In this document: positions 9,499 through 18,406 of the stretch, one piece after another
Layout of the letters: the number at the start of each line of letters is the position of its first letter
Numbering within the stretch: position 1 is the stretch's first letter
Source of the DNA: Acidobacteriota bacterium
Lineage (GTDB): Bacteria; Acidobacteriota; Terriglobia; Terriglobales; Acidobacteriaceae
Reading direction: 5' to 3'
Assembly (NCBI GenBank): GCA_021781495.1
Contig: JAJXWS010000001.1
Location: 73,551-137,550, forward strand
Length of the DNA stretch: 64,000 nt
The notes under the pieces: generated by a model
What the model was told of the DNA's origin: nothing
The model's database searches: none
Seen by the model: the letters and a program-made list of their open reading frames with translations, nothing else
Made by a program: the position numbers and the translations under genes

Positions 9499-10943
9499 GC
9501 TGCGGCCCTCACGCGAACCGTGGTTCCCTCCGATGTCGATCGTAATTCAAGTTCCGCATTGATGGCAGCGCAGCGCTCGCGCATCCCGATCAGGCCGTAG
9601 TGGCCTTCCTGCGGACCAAGCACCTGGGCCGGGTCAAAGCCTCTTCCATCATCGTTTACCTCCACCATCACTTCTCCCTTGCGATACACCACGCGAACCA
9701 CAATCTTTTGCGCATGGGCATGGTTGACGGCGTTCACCAGCGCTTCCTGCACAATGCGGAACAGGTTGTTCACCGTGTTGTAGGAGAAGACCGCGGGCTC
9801 GCCCAGCACATGCTGCTCCATGGTGGACTCTGACGCGGACCGGAGCTGTTGAATGCAGCGCGCAATCAGCACGTCCAACCGGTCGTTGCGCGAGAGCGAG
9901 CGCAAAATATCAATCGAGACATGGGATTCATCGCGGCTGTGCCGCACCATTTGCAGAGCCTCGCTCAGCAGCTCTCCGGCCCGCTCGGCATCCCGTTGAA
10001 TCATCTGCTGGGCTGCTTCCAGTTGCAGCGTAATGCCCGCGTATCCCTGCGCCAGCGTATCGTGAATGTCGCGCGCAATGCTGGCGCGCTCTTCCGCCAC
10101 CGCTCGATAGCGCGCGTGCTTGATGCGGTAATAGCTGTTGATGCCGATGAGAATCAGAATCGTGGCAGCGCCGGCCAGCATCAGAATGTGCGCCCGCGTC
10201 CACCACGAGGGCGGCTCTATCACCTCAATGTCTTCCAGCGTCCGCAACTGCAGCGTAAAGGCATCGCCGTGGTCCGCCTCCGCGCCGTGCGCCTCCACGC
10301 CATGGTTAATCATCAGGATGCCCGTAAGCCGCAGCGTTGCACCCGGCTGCATCGACCGTACCGGCAGCTCGCCATCCACGTTGTCACTGGGCAGCACTGC
10401 GGAAAAATTCTGATGTCCTCCGCGCAGGTTCAGGCGCACGCCCGTAAGCCCCGCCGGTGTAAAGTCCACCAGCTCGGCAACTGTCTGCACCAGAAACAGT
10501 TCGTTCTCGCCGTCGGCTGCCTGGTCGGGCGTAATGGAGAGCGGCAGCGGCATGGAGCCTCCCCACAACCGCCGCATCTGCCCCTCCTGCACCTGCGGCT
10601 CCGGCGCAATCGTCATGCGGCCGGTCACCTCCACCTCGTCTCCCAGCGCAATCTGCTCCGTTCTGGGCGACTGCACCTCGACGGCCCCGGTGCGATCCTC
10701 AATCACAATGCGATGCTGATTCAGCGTGACAATGCCGCGCACTACCACCGGCACCGGGCTCGCGGAAAAACTGGCCGCCTGAATGGCAGACTCAATCGAC
10801 TGCAGATGCGGCTCGCTCGACTCCTGTGCACCGGCCATTCGCGCCGCAGGCACCAGGAGCAATGCAACCAGAGCGCATGCACAAAAAACGCTGCCCAGAT
10901 AGCCGGACTTACACACCGCGCGAATGACGAATGGATTACGCAA
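9495..10943 (-). CDS. HisKA_3 sensor histidine kinase with extracytoplasmic OB-fold-like sensor region
   Basis: Signal/TM, single TM before EERASIARDIHDTLAQG (H-box), EALVNAVNHA, DDGRGF, GHYGLIGMRER; 4-nt overlap with the response regulator. Confidence 0.9.
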   Translation of the reverse strand: MRNPFVIRAVCKSGYLGSVFCACALVALLLVPAARMAGAQESSEPHLQSIESAIQAASFSASPVPVVVRGIVTLNQHRIVIEDRTGAVEVQSPRTEQIALGDEVEVTGRMTIAPEPQVQEGQMRRLWGGSMPLPLSITPDQAADGENELFLVQTVAELVDFTPAGLTGVRLNLRGGHQNFSAVLPSDNVDGELPVRSMQPGATLRLTGILMINHGVEAHGAEADHGDAFTLQLRTLEDIEVIEPPSWWTRAHILMLAGAATILILIGINSYYRIKHARYRAVAEERASIARDIHDTLAQGYAGITLQLEAAQQMIQRDAERAGELLSEALQMVRHSRDESHVSIDILRSLSRNDRLDVLIARCIQQLRSASESTMEQHVLGEPAVFSYNTVNNLFRIVQEALVNAVNHAHAQKIVVRVVYRKGEVMVEVNDDGRGFDPAQVLGPQEGHYGLIGMRERCAAINAELELRSTSEGTTVRVRAAA

Positions 10944-10974
10944 TGCAAACCTAGATATACTCTACTCGCCTGCA

Positions 10975-11628
10975 ATGGAATTCTTCCGCAGATACAAACG
11001 CAGATGGCTTGCGGTCATCGCTGTTGCCCTGGCGCTCACGGCCGGGGCATCGATCGCCTATCGCATACGAACCCGCACCCAGCCCAGCGGCCCCTACGCC
11101 AGCCTGCAGGGCTGGCAGCAGATCAGCGGGCGATGGAACGAGCACGGCGGCATCTTCTCCAACTCCAACTACGGCCGCGGAGACATGCTCATCGCTCCTC
11201 ACTCGCTGGGCACCGACTATCACATCAGCGCGGATATCCGCTTCGATCTGCTCTTTCCTGAGACGCACTACGGCGATGCCGGCCTGGTCATTCGCACCAC
11301 CGATCCCGAGCCGGGCGTGGACTCCTACGAGGGATACTACGCAGGCGTGCGCCCCGACGATCAGGTCATCCTGCTCGGCCGCGCATCCTATGACTGGCGC
11401 GAACTGGCAACCGCGCATCTGGTCACTCCGCTCTCTGTGGGCTCGTGGTATCACCTCGATCTCTCCGCCCATGGCTGCGAGATCGCGTTTGCGCTCAGCC
11501 CGGTGAACGGCGGCCCTGCCGCGCGTCTCAAGTACAACGACAAGCAGTGCCTCACGCAGGGCGTGGCGGGGCTGCGGTCCTTCTATGCGCAGGCCTCCTG
11601 GCGCAATGTCCAGGTCAGTTCCAACTAA
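10975..11628 (+). CDS. Membrane-anchored DUF1080-like (concanavalin A fold) protein
   Basis: Start moved to ATG 10975; N-terminal TM; GRW....G, DY.ISADIRF, GDAGLVIR, GWYHL.L...G, GVAGLRS...A..RNVQV pattern. Confidence 0.65.
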   Translation: MEFFRRYKRRWLAVIAVALALTAGASIAYRIRTRTQPSGPYASLQGWQQISGRWNEHGGIFSNSNYGRGDMLIAPHSLGTDYHISADIRFDLLFPETHYGDAGLVIRTTDPEPGVDSYEGYYAGVRPDDQVILLGRASYDWRELATAHLVTPLSVGSWYHLDLSAHGCEIAFALSPVNGGPAARLKYNDKQCLTQGVAGLRSFYAQASWRNVQVSSN

Positions 11629-11653
11629 GCCCCTACGCACCTGCCGTGGCGGA

Positions 11654-12634
11654 TTACCTCGTTCGCCGCAACAGCGTCGCCACCGTAGGGTTTGCATCCA
11701 TGCTGTCGCGATCGATGATGGCCACCGGCAGTTGCGTGGAGTAGCTGCGCGCATCCTTGCCCGCAAGCGCGGCGCGCATGGCCTGCATGGCACGCGTGCC
11801 CAGCTCATGAGGATCACTGATAATCAGCGCATCGATACGGCCGCTACGCAAGCCCTGCAGCTCATTCCTCTCGTCAGAGACGCCGATCAGCAGCGGCCGC
11901 TTATGCGTGTGCGGATCGAAAGCATACGAAGCGGCATGCGTGGAGAACTCGTCCGTGGTAAAGATGCCCTTGATATTCGGATGCTCCGTCAGCAGGTCCA
12001 GCACCGCCTGGTGCGCCCGCGCCCAGTCAGACAGGCCATACTTCACGCCCACCAGCTTCACCCGCGGAGAGCGGGCAATCTCATCGGCAAAGGCCTTCTC
12101 AATCAGCGAGCTCTCTTCCACCGTGGGGCTCACGCCCACCACGCCCACTTCGCCCTTGCCGCCCAGCAGGGCCACAAAGCGACGAGCGGCCAGCCGGCCT
12201 ATCTCTTCCTCGTCCAGGCCGATGAAGGCAGCGGGGTCCTTGGTCGAGAGCGCGATGGGGCTGCCTACAATCACCACCGGGATATTCGCCCGCACCGCAT
12301 CCTGCAGCACGGACGCCAGCACAAGCTGGTGCGCGGGGCAGACAATGATGCCCTGCACGTGGCGCGCAATCGCGTTCTCCACCATCTGCGCCTGCTCGGT
12401 GTAATCCGTCACGGACTGTGGCGCGGCCAGCTCGGTGCGGATTCCCGCGGCCTCGGCGTTGGCCCGCACGGCATGATCAAAGTTCTCCCAGTACTCCATG
12501 CCTCCGGTGGGCGTGATGACCATGACCGTGGGGGGCTGCCTGTGCCGGCACCCAGGGCAGAAGACAAGCAGTGCCAGCAGGACCCATGCGCGTCCCCACA
12601 CCGGATGCTGCCCTCCGCACTGCCCCTGCTTCAT
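11654..12634 (-). CDS. RbsB-type periplasmic sugar-binding protein (probable lipoprotein)
   Basis: Hydrophobic N-terminus with Cys; Q..MVENAIARHVQGII, ANIPVVIV, GEVGVVG, HPNIKGIFTTDE, GRIDALIISDP..LG periplasmic-binding-protein type I motifs. Confidence 0.85.
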   Translation of the reverse strand: MKQGQCGGQHPVWGRAWVLLALLVFCPGCRHRQPPTVMVITPTGGMEYWENFDHAVRANAEAAGIRTELAAPQSVTDYTEQAQMVENAIARHVQGIIVCPAHQLVLASVLQDAVRANIPVVIVGSPIALSTKDPAAFIGLDEEEIGRLAARRFVALLGGKGEVGVVGVSPTVEESSLIEKAFADEIARSPRVKLVGVKYGLSDWARAHQAVLDLLTEHPNIKGIFTTDEFSTHAASYAFDPHTHKRPLLIGVSDERNELQGLRSGRIDALIISDPHELGTRAMQAMRAALAGKDARSYSTQLPVAIIDRDSMDANPTVATLLRRTR

Positions 12635-12788
12635 TGCATCCCCTCATCGCTGCCGCACAACCGCATTGCGCCGCCGGATACTTTGGAGCATACAACACCG
12701 CGCACTGCGCCGCATGCAACGCCCCGCGCATGCGGCGGCAACGACCTGCATAGCCGTGCAGGCCGCTGCTTTCCCTCTCAGTACCGGA

Positions 12789-14900
12789 CTACTTGCCCTG
12801 GTTGCGGCTCGACCACTTCTGCCACAGCGCGGTGTCCGCCAGCATGCGGATGTAGACTCCGCCCACCACCGAGCGCGCCTGAAAGCCCACCTCGCGCGCG
12901 GTGATCGTGTCATACCAGTCGGTCATCGGTACGCGATCCGGCGTCTTGCCCAGAAACACAAACGCCGGATGCACAAGCGACTGGAAATCCGCCGGATTGC
13001 TGGCCAGGGTCGCGGACCAGATGGTCCAGTCCAGCTTGGTATACGTGGCGCGATTGTCCAGCGGCAGTCCGTACGGGTTGATGTGACGCAGGTAGAAGGC
13101 CACCTCGCGCTGCGCCACCTGCTGCGGAAACATGTGCAGCCCCAGAATCTGGTCCCACACCAGGTTGTACTTCTGGCTCCACGTGCCCGCCTTGTCAAAA
13201 GCCAGCCGGTAGTGGTCGCCATCGTTTGCCATGCTCACCCACTTGGCGGCCATGGACTGCGCCGCCGCCTGGTAGCGCGTCGCCGCGGCCTCGTCGCCGA
13301 GCTTTCGCGCCAGTTGCGCATATGCGGCAAGCGCCTCAATCGCCTTGATGGAGAGATTCGTGTTGTGCGCCAGATGCCCGGCAAAGTCATCCGTGCACAA
13401 CTGGTTCGCGGGGTCGAATCCCTTGTCCAGCAGGTACTCCGCCCACCGCGTCACCAGCGGCCAGTGCCGCCGCGCAAAGCTCGTATCGTGCTCGGCCTGG
13501 GCAATGGCGGCAAACAGCAGAATCATGTCGCCGGACTCTTCCACCGGCATCTGATCCACTTCGCTCTCTTCGCCTCCGCCGTAGAGCTGGCCATTCGCCA
13601 GCGGATAGACACCCAGATCGTGTGGCGCAAACGGAAACTTCCAGCGCCCCGACTGCGCATAACGCGCCACCGGCTCCAGCTGCGCCTCCACCAGCTTGGG
13701 ATTGAGGAACAGAAACATCGGCGCCGAAGGATAGATCACATCCACAGTGGAGATGGAGCCGTTGCTGAAGTTCTCCTTCGGCATGAAGAAGGGAACGCCC
13801 GCGCTGTCTTCCACAAGCTTGTGCGCCGCAATGGCCTGGCGAAAGGCCAGAACCGAAACCGCCGCATACTCCCGGCCGCCCGCCTGCACCAGGTCGTGCT
13901 CCAGCTCGCGGTCATAGGCCTCGGCGCGCTGCTCCAGCGGCTGATAGTCCCGCTCTGCACCCTGCAGCAGGTCGGCAAAGCTTGCAAACTCCTTGCGCCA
14001 GTAGGGCAGCAGCTTCTGGTGCATGTACTCCACGGAGTAGACGTCGTCATACGCCAGCAGCACGTGGCGGCTCACCGCGCTCGCGCCGACCTTGCCCAGC
14101 GGCAGCGCAAGGTTGAGCAGCGGCGGCGCGGGATAGCGGCTCTGCGGCACGCGCGGCTGATTCAGATCATCCGTGCCGGCCAGCGTGCCCGTGCGCAGAA
14201 ACTCGTCGCGGTCCTTCGCATTGCCTGCCGCGGTCGTGGCCGCTCCCTGCCCGTCCGGAACCGCCAGGTAGAAATATCCCCAGTTGATGCGCAGATTATC
14301 GCCCCACTGCCGCAGCATCGACTGCCGTTGCGTGCCCACGCGGAGTAAATGCATTCCCGGAATCCGCGCCCGCGACCACGCCACATTCTCGTCGCGCGTG
14401 TTCGTCGCCAGGGCGCCGTCGGCGTCCAGATACAGCGTCACGTCGTGTTGCGCGCCGTCGCGCGATTTCACCTGCCACGTCAGGTACGTGACCGGGCGCG
14501 CCATCACGCGCAGATCGTCTGGAAACGCGGGCGTAAAGAAGCAGAGCCGCAGCTCCACCTCCGGACTCTCCAGCGTCACCAGCGTGCGCGTCGGCGTAAT
14601 CGTCCGGCCCACTTCCTCCAGCGGCGCAATCTCGCGGTGGGCATCGCCCAGGTAGCGATACGTCTTCTCATCCACCCGCACAAAGCCGCTCAGCGGCTGC
14701 GGCACGCCCGTCCAGTGGCGCGTGGGCCCGTCGGTCAGTCGGTCAGCGTCGGACCAGATGCTGAAGTAGGGATCGTGCGTAATCAGCGGTGTGGCCGGGG
14801 CGCGAAGGTCCGCCGGAGTATCCTGCTGGGCTGACAAGTCGGCTGAACTTCCCAGTGCGAGCGCAATGCAGCTGACCGCGCTCAGGACAAATTTATACAT
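12789..14900 (-). CDS. GtaA 'glutaminase A'-like DUF5127/DUF4965/DUF1793 secreted protein, (alpha/alpha)6 barrel
   Basis: Signal peptide; LRAPATPLITHDPYFSIWS, KENFSNGSISTVDVIYPSAP, APHDLGVYP, MPVEESGDM, CTDDFAGHLAHNTNL, SQKYNLVWD, YTKLDW motifs of this family. Confidence 0.8.
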   Translation of the reverse strand: MYKFVLSAVSCIALALGSSADLSAQQDTPADLRAPATPLITHDPYFSIWSDADRLTDGPTRHWTGVPQPLSGFVRVDEKTYRYLGDAHREIAPLEEVGRTITPTRTLVTLESPEVELRLCFFTPAFPDDLRVMARPVTYLTWQVKSRDGAQHDVTLYLDADGALATNTRDENVAWSRARIPGMHLLRVGTQRQSMLRQWGDNLRINWGYFYLAVPDGQGAATTAAGNAKDRDEFLRTGTLAGTDDLNQPRVPQSRYPAPPLLNLALPLGKVGASAVSRHVLLAYDDVYSVEYMHQKLLPYWRKEFASFADLLQGAERDYQPLEQRAEAYDRELEHDLVQAGGREYAAVSVLAFRQAIAAHKLVEDSAGVPFFMPKENFSNGSISTVDVIYPSAPMFLFLNPKLVEAQLEPVARYAQSGRWKFPFAPHDLGVYPLANGQLYGGGEESEVDQMPVEESGDMILLFAAIAQAEHDTSFARRHWPLVTRWAEYLLDKGFDPANQLCTDDFAGHLAHNTNLSIKAIEALAAYAQLARKLGDEAAATRYQAAAQSMAAKWVSMANDGDHYRLAFDKAGTWSQKYNLVWDQILGLHMFPQQVAQREVAFYLRHINPYGLPLDNRATYTKLDWTIWSATLASNPADFQSLVHPAFVFLGKTPDRVPMTDWYDTITAREVGFQARSVVGGVYIRMLADTALWQKWSSRNQGK

Positions 14901-15211
14901 GCTGGATTTCCTCGAACCGTTATGACGAATCTATTGATTCTTCTCCCCGCCCGCACAGGGGAACAATAGGTAGGTTGACCCATTTCCGCGGTCCCCGGCA
15001 GCCACGTAAGATGAGCGGGTTCAATCCGTCGCATCCTGCTTCTCCGGCCCAGCTTAGCACCCCCGCTCCCGCTCTTCCCGGCAATTCGCCGCTCCTCCGC
15101 ATGGGCAACCTGCCCTGCGTCATGGATAATCGGAGGCAGCAGGTCCATGTGCCGGTTCGGCGGCTTCCCCGTGGAGCCTCTCAGGCGCATCCAACACCAC
15201 TGAGGCAAACC

Positions 15212-16516
15212 ATGATCACGCGGCAGGCGATCCGCCCCTCCGGGGAATCCGCACTCGGCAACCTCTCCATCTCCGCGCTCCTGCGTCCCTCCGCGCTCTG
15301 GGCAGCGGGCCTGTTTCTCATGCTCTGCTTTGCCACCGCCACCGTGTTCGTCAAACAGGCGTGGGCGCTGCAAACCTTCCAGATCGGCATCTACGCGCTG
15401 GTCGCGGCCTACCTGCTCAGCAGCCTGCGTCGCAGCGCACTGCCCGTCGCCGGCAGCGCGCTGGAGTGGCTCATCTACGTCCTGCCTCTCTGGGGCCTGC
15501 TCCAGATCTCCATCCACACCACGGCCTCCAGTTTTGAAACACGCGGCGAAGTCCTGCGCTGGGGCTCGCTTGCAGGTGTCTTCTTTCTCACCCGCGCCGT
15601 CACCGTCTCAGCAAACGCCCGGCGCATCTTCCTCAGCTTCTTTCTCGGATTTGCCACCGTCATGGCGGTGCTGTGCCTCACCCAGCTCTTCACCTCCGAG
15701 GGCAAGGTCCTCTGGATATTCCCCACCGGATACCCCGACGTGTACGCCACCTTCCCCTACCACGCCAACTACACGCAGTTCCTTGAGCTTTCCCTGCCCA
15801 TTGCGCTCTGGCGAGCTCTGCAGCAGGGCTGGCGTTCCTGGTGGTATCCCCTCTCCGGCGGAGTCCTCTACGCCTCCGCCGTCGGCTCCGCATCGCGCGG
15901 CGGGGCCTTTATCTGCACCGTGGAGATGGTGGTCATGCTCGCGTACTGGCTGCTAATCCTGCGCCGCGCAAGCCGCTCCGTTCGCACCCGTACCGCCATA
16001 CTTACCCTGGCGCTCATTCCCGTGGTCGCCGCCGTCTTTACCGTGGCCGTGGGCTGGCAGAACGTCTGGAATCGCTTCCAGGACAAGGACCCGTTCAGCG
16101 GCCGGCGCGAGTTCCTCATCGCTGCCGTAAAGATGGCTGAGCACCGGCCCCTCGCCGGCTTCGGCCTCGGCACATTCCCTGAGGTGTATCAGCGCTTCGC
16201 CGTCAAGGACTTCCCCTTCTACGCCAACCACACTCACAACGACTGGGCCGAGTTTGCCGCCGACGGCGGCATTCCATTCCTGCTGCTCGTCCTCATCCCC
16301 TTCGCGGCCGCCATTCCCACCGCGCTGCGTCATCCCTGGGGAATCGGCCTGATTGCCGTGATGGCGCACGCCTGCTTTGACTATCCCTTCCCGCGGCCCG
16401 CCGTCTCCGGATGGATCTTCGCCCTGCTGGCCGTGCTCTACGCGACGCGCGCGGCGGACCGCGGCGCGGAGCAGGCGCCCAGGCCGGCCCCGGTCGCGGT
16501 GTTGTCCCGGGCCTGA
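15212..16516 (+). CDS. O-antigen ligase (Wzy_C)-like polytopic membrane protein
   Basis: Start moved to ATG 15212; about 10 TM segments; SASRGG, GRREF..AAVKM...RPLAGFGLGTF, HTHNDWAEF..DGGI, HACFDYP motifs. Confidence 0.85.
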   Translation: MITRQAIRPSGESALGNLSISALLRPSALWAAGLFLMLCFATATVFVKQAWALQTFQIGIYALVAAYLLSSLRRSALPVAGSALEWLIYVLPLWGLLQISIHTTASSFETRGEVLRWGSLAGVFFLTRAVTVSANARRIFLSFFLGFATVMAVLCLTQLFTSEGKVLWIFPTGYPDVYATFPYHANYTQFLELSLPIALWRALQQGWRSWWYPLSGGVLYASAVGSASRGGAFICTVEMVVMLAYWLLILRRASRSVRTRTAILTLALIPVVAAVFTVAVGWQNVWNRFQDKDPFSGRREFLIAAVKMAEHRPLAGFGLGTFPEVYQRFAVKDFPFYANHTHNDWAEFAADGGIPFLLLVLIPFAAAIPTALRHPWGIGLIAVMAHACFDYPFPRPAVSGWIFALLAVLYATRAADRGAEQAPRPAPVAVLSRA

Positions 16517-16562
16517 GGCGGGCCCGCAGCGCCGCCATCAACGCCGTGCAGGCATGTGCAAT

Positions 16563-16940
16563 TTACATCGGCTGCGCGGATTGCGCCGCGCGCACCGGCG
16601 GCGCCTGGTTCCAACTGGAGTCGTCCGCAGGAGGCCGATACGTGGTGATGTAGCGCAGGAAGATCCAGAACACCACCAGCATCAGCACAAAAACGCCGGC
16701 CGCAATCAGCTTCCGGATCAGCTGCTTGCGATAGCGCACATCCAGTTGGCGCCGGATTCTGTACCGCACCGAATGGCGCCGCATTGACCCGGCCAGGTCG
16801 GCCGTCCTGGGACCATAAAACCGGCGTCTGCACTGGCGGCAGCGATAGGCCTGCCTGCCGAGCAGGCCCTGGAAGGTGTCAGTCCACTTGTGTCGATGGG
16901 AAGGCCGGATATCCGTGCTGGTACAGAACGTGCATTTCAT
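16563..16940 (-). CDS. Small Zn-ribbon protein with a C-terminal transmembrane helix
   Basis: CTFC...CRQC Cys pairs; LIAAGVFVLMLVVFWIFL TM; ATGA overlap with the upstream gene's stop. Confidence 0.7.
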   Translation of the reverse strand: MKCTFCTSTDIRPSHRHKWTDTFQGLLGRQAYRCRQCRRRFYGPRTADLAGSMRRHSVRYRIRRQLDVRYRKQLIRKLIAAGVFVLMLVVFWIFLRYITTYRPPADDSSWNQAPPVRAAQSAQPM

Positions 16941-18142
16941 GCCGAGGGTCGAGTCTGAATCCTTGTCGAACGTATCACCACCGCGCCAGAGACCCGAACC
17001 GTGCCCAGAGCACGCTGATAGCCAAGCCGCACCTGCAGCAGCGGTGTCTCGGGCCCCACGGTGAAAGGCACACCGGCGCTCAACATCATGGTACTGGAGA
17101 GAGAGGGCGACTCGGCAAGCACTTTGCCCGATTTGGCATCCACAATCTGCCAGCGGATTCCCGTATCAGGCGGAATGTTCTCCGTGCGATACGAGTACGC
17201 AAGGCTGTAGTTGCCGGGCGCCAGGGCCACCGTCTGCTCCGCAAGGGTGCAGCTTTCCGGTTCGTTGCCGTTCAGCTCCGCCTCCAGGCCCGACGGGCCC
17301 GGCCAGGAGTGCAGACCGTCGTTGGTGCCCAGCGCCCAGTCAAAGCGCACTGGCTGCGGCGGCCGCGCAAACGATCCGTTGTAGGGCAGGCCCTTGTCCT
17401 CCGGCACCCATCCCTGCGCCTGCAGCCCATGCCACAGGTTGGTGGCCGCGCCGGCATCCCCCACCTGCACAAGTCCATCGATCAACGAAAACAGCAGCGG
17501 TCCATCCGTGGCCTGTGAGCCGTCACGAACCAGCCAGGCGGCCACACGGGCCGATGCGTCCAGTTGCCCCACCCCCAGCAGAAACCGCAGATACTGGCGA
17601 ATCACCGCGGGATTGTCATTCAGCACCTTCTGCTCAATCACCGCCGGGTCCGGCGAAACGCGCCAGCAGAGCAGGAACAAGGCTCCCACATCGTCCGCCG
17701 GCATCTGCGCCGCCGCGCGAGCCCACGTCCAGAAGGCCGGAATGTTGCCCTGCCTGAGGTAGAAGTTGGCCAGGCTCCACCGGGGCACATACGTGTGGTC
17801 AATCGAGTAGGCATGCAGCAGCAGCTTCTCCGCCCGGCCCGCATCGCCCTCGGCCTCGTAGCGCAGGCCCAGCTCGATATCCGCCTGCGCGTTGTAGGGG
17901 TCCAGCCGCAGGGCCCTCTCCAGCAACTCCTGCGCGTGATCGTCATCCAGCTGCGCCAGCCGCATGGAGTAGGCTGAAGCATCCGGAGCCAGCCGGATCG
18001 CCTCGCGAATCGACGCCTTCGTGTCCTGCCGGAACAGAAAATCCGCCCGCGCCAGCTTCCAGCTGTCCCACATGGCGAACAGGCACACGCCCGCCACCAC
18101 AAGGCGTACGGCACGGGAAACTACTCTGCGGGCTGGCTGCAT
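16937..18142 (-). CDS. Membrane-anchored TPR protein with a C-terminal carbohydrate-binding-like beta-sandwich
   Basis: Start moved to ATG 18142; N-terminal TM; TPR-like units (ALRLDPYNAQADIELGL); C-terminal YNGSF...FDW, LAPGNYSLAYSY segment. Confidence 0.65.
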   Translation of the reverse strand: MQPARRVVSRAVRLVVAGVCLFAMWDSWKLARADFLFRQDTKASIREAIRLAPDASAYSMRLAQLDDDHAQELLERALRLDPYNAQADIELGLRYEAEGDAGRAEKLLLHAYSIDHTYVPRWSLANFYLRQGNIPAFWTWARAAAQMPADDVGALFLLCWRVSPDPAVIEQKVLNDNPAVIRQYLRFLLGVGQLDASARVAAWLVRDGSQATDGPLLFSLIDGLVQVGDAGAATNLWHGLQAQGWVPEDKGLPYNGSFARPPQPVRFDWALGTNDGLHSWPGPSGLEAELNGNEPESCTLAEQTVALAPGNYSLAYSYRTENIPPDTGIRWQIVDAKSGKVLAESPSLSSTMMLSAGVPFTVGPETPLLQVRLGYQRALGTVRVSGAVVIRSTRIQTRPSA

Positions 18143-18406
18143 GCGGGTCGGCCTGAGCAATGGCGCGCTCTGCGCGCGCCGGAATCAACACCACGGGGCA
18201 GGGAATCTCTCGCCTGCCTGATAAGCATAGCGCAACCGGGCAGATACCACCCACCCAGGCCGCAATTGCCCGTATGACATTGGTAGTACGAAGCTTAGGG
18301 TGTTACTATCGGTTCGCTTTTTTGACAAAAAATATTTGGATTTCGGCTCCTGACTACGATATATGTAGTGTGGGAGAGAAGTCTGCTTCCAAATCCGGAG
18401 GAGTCC

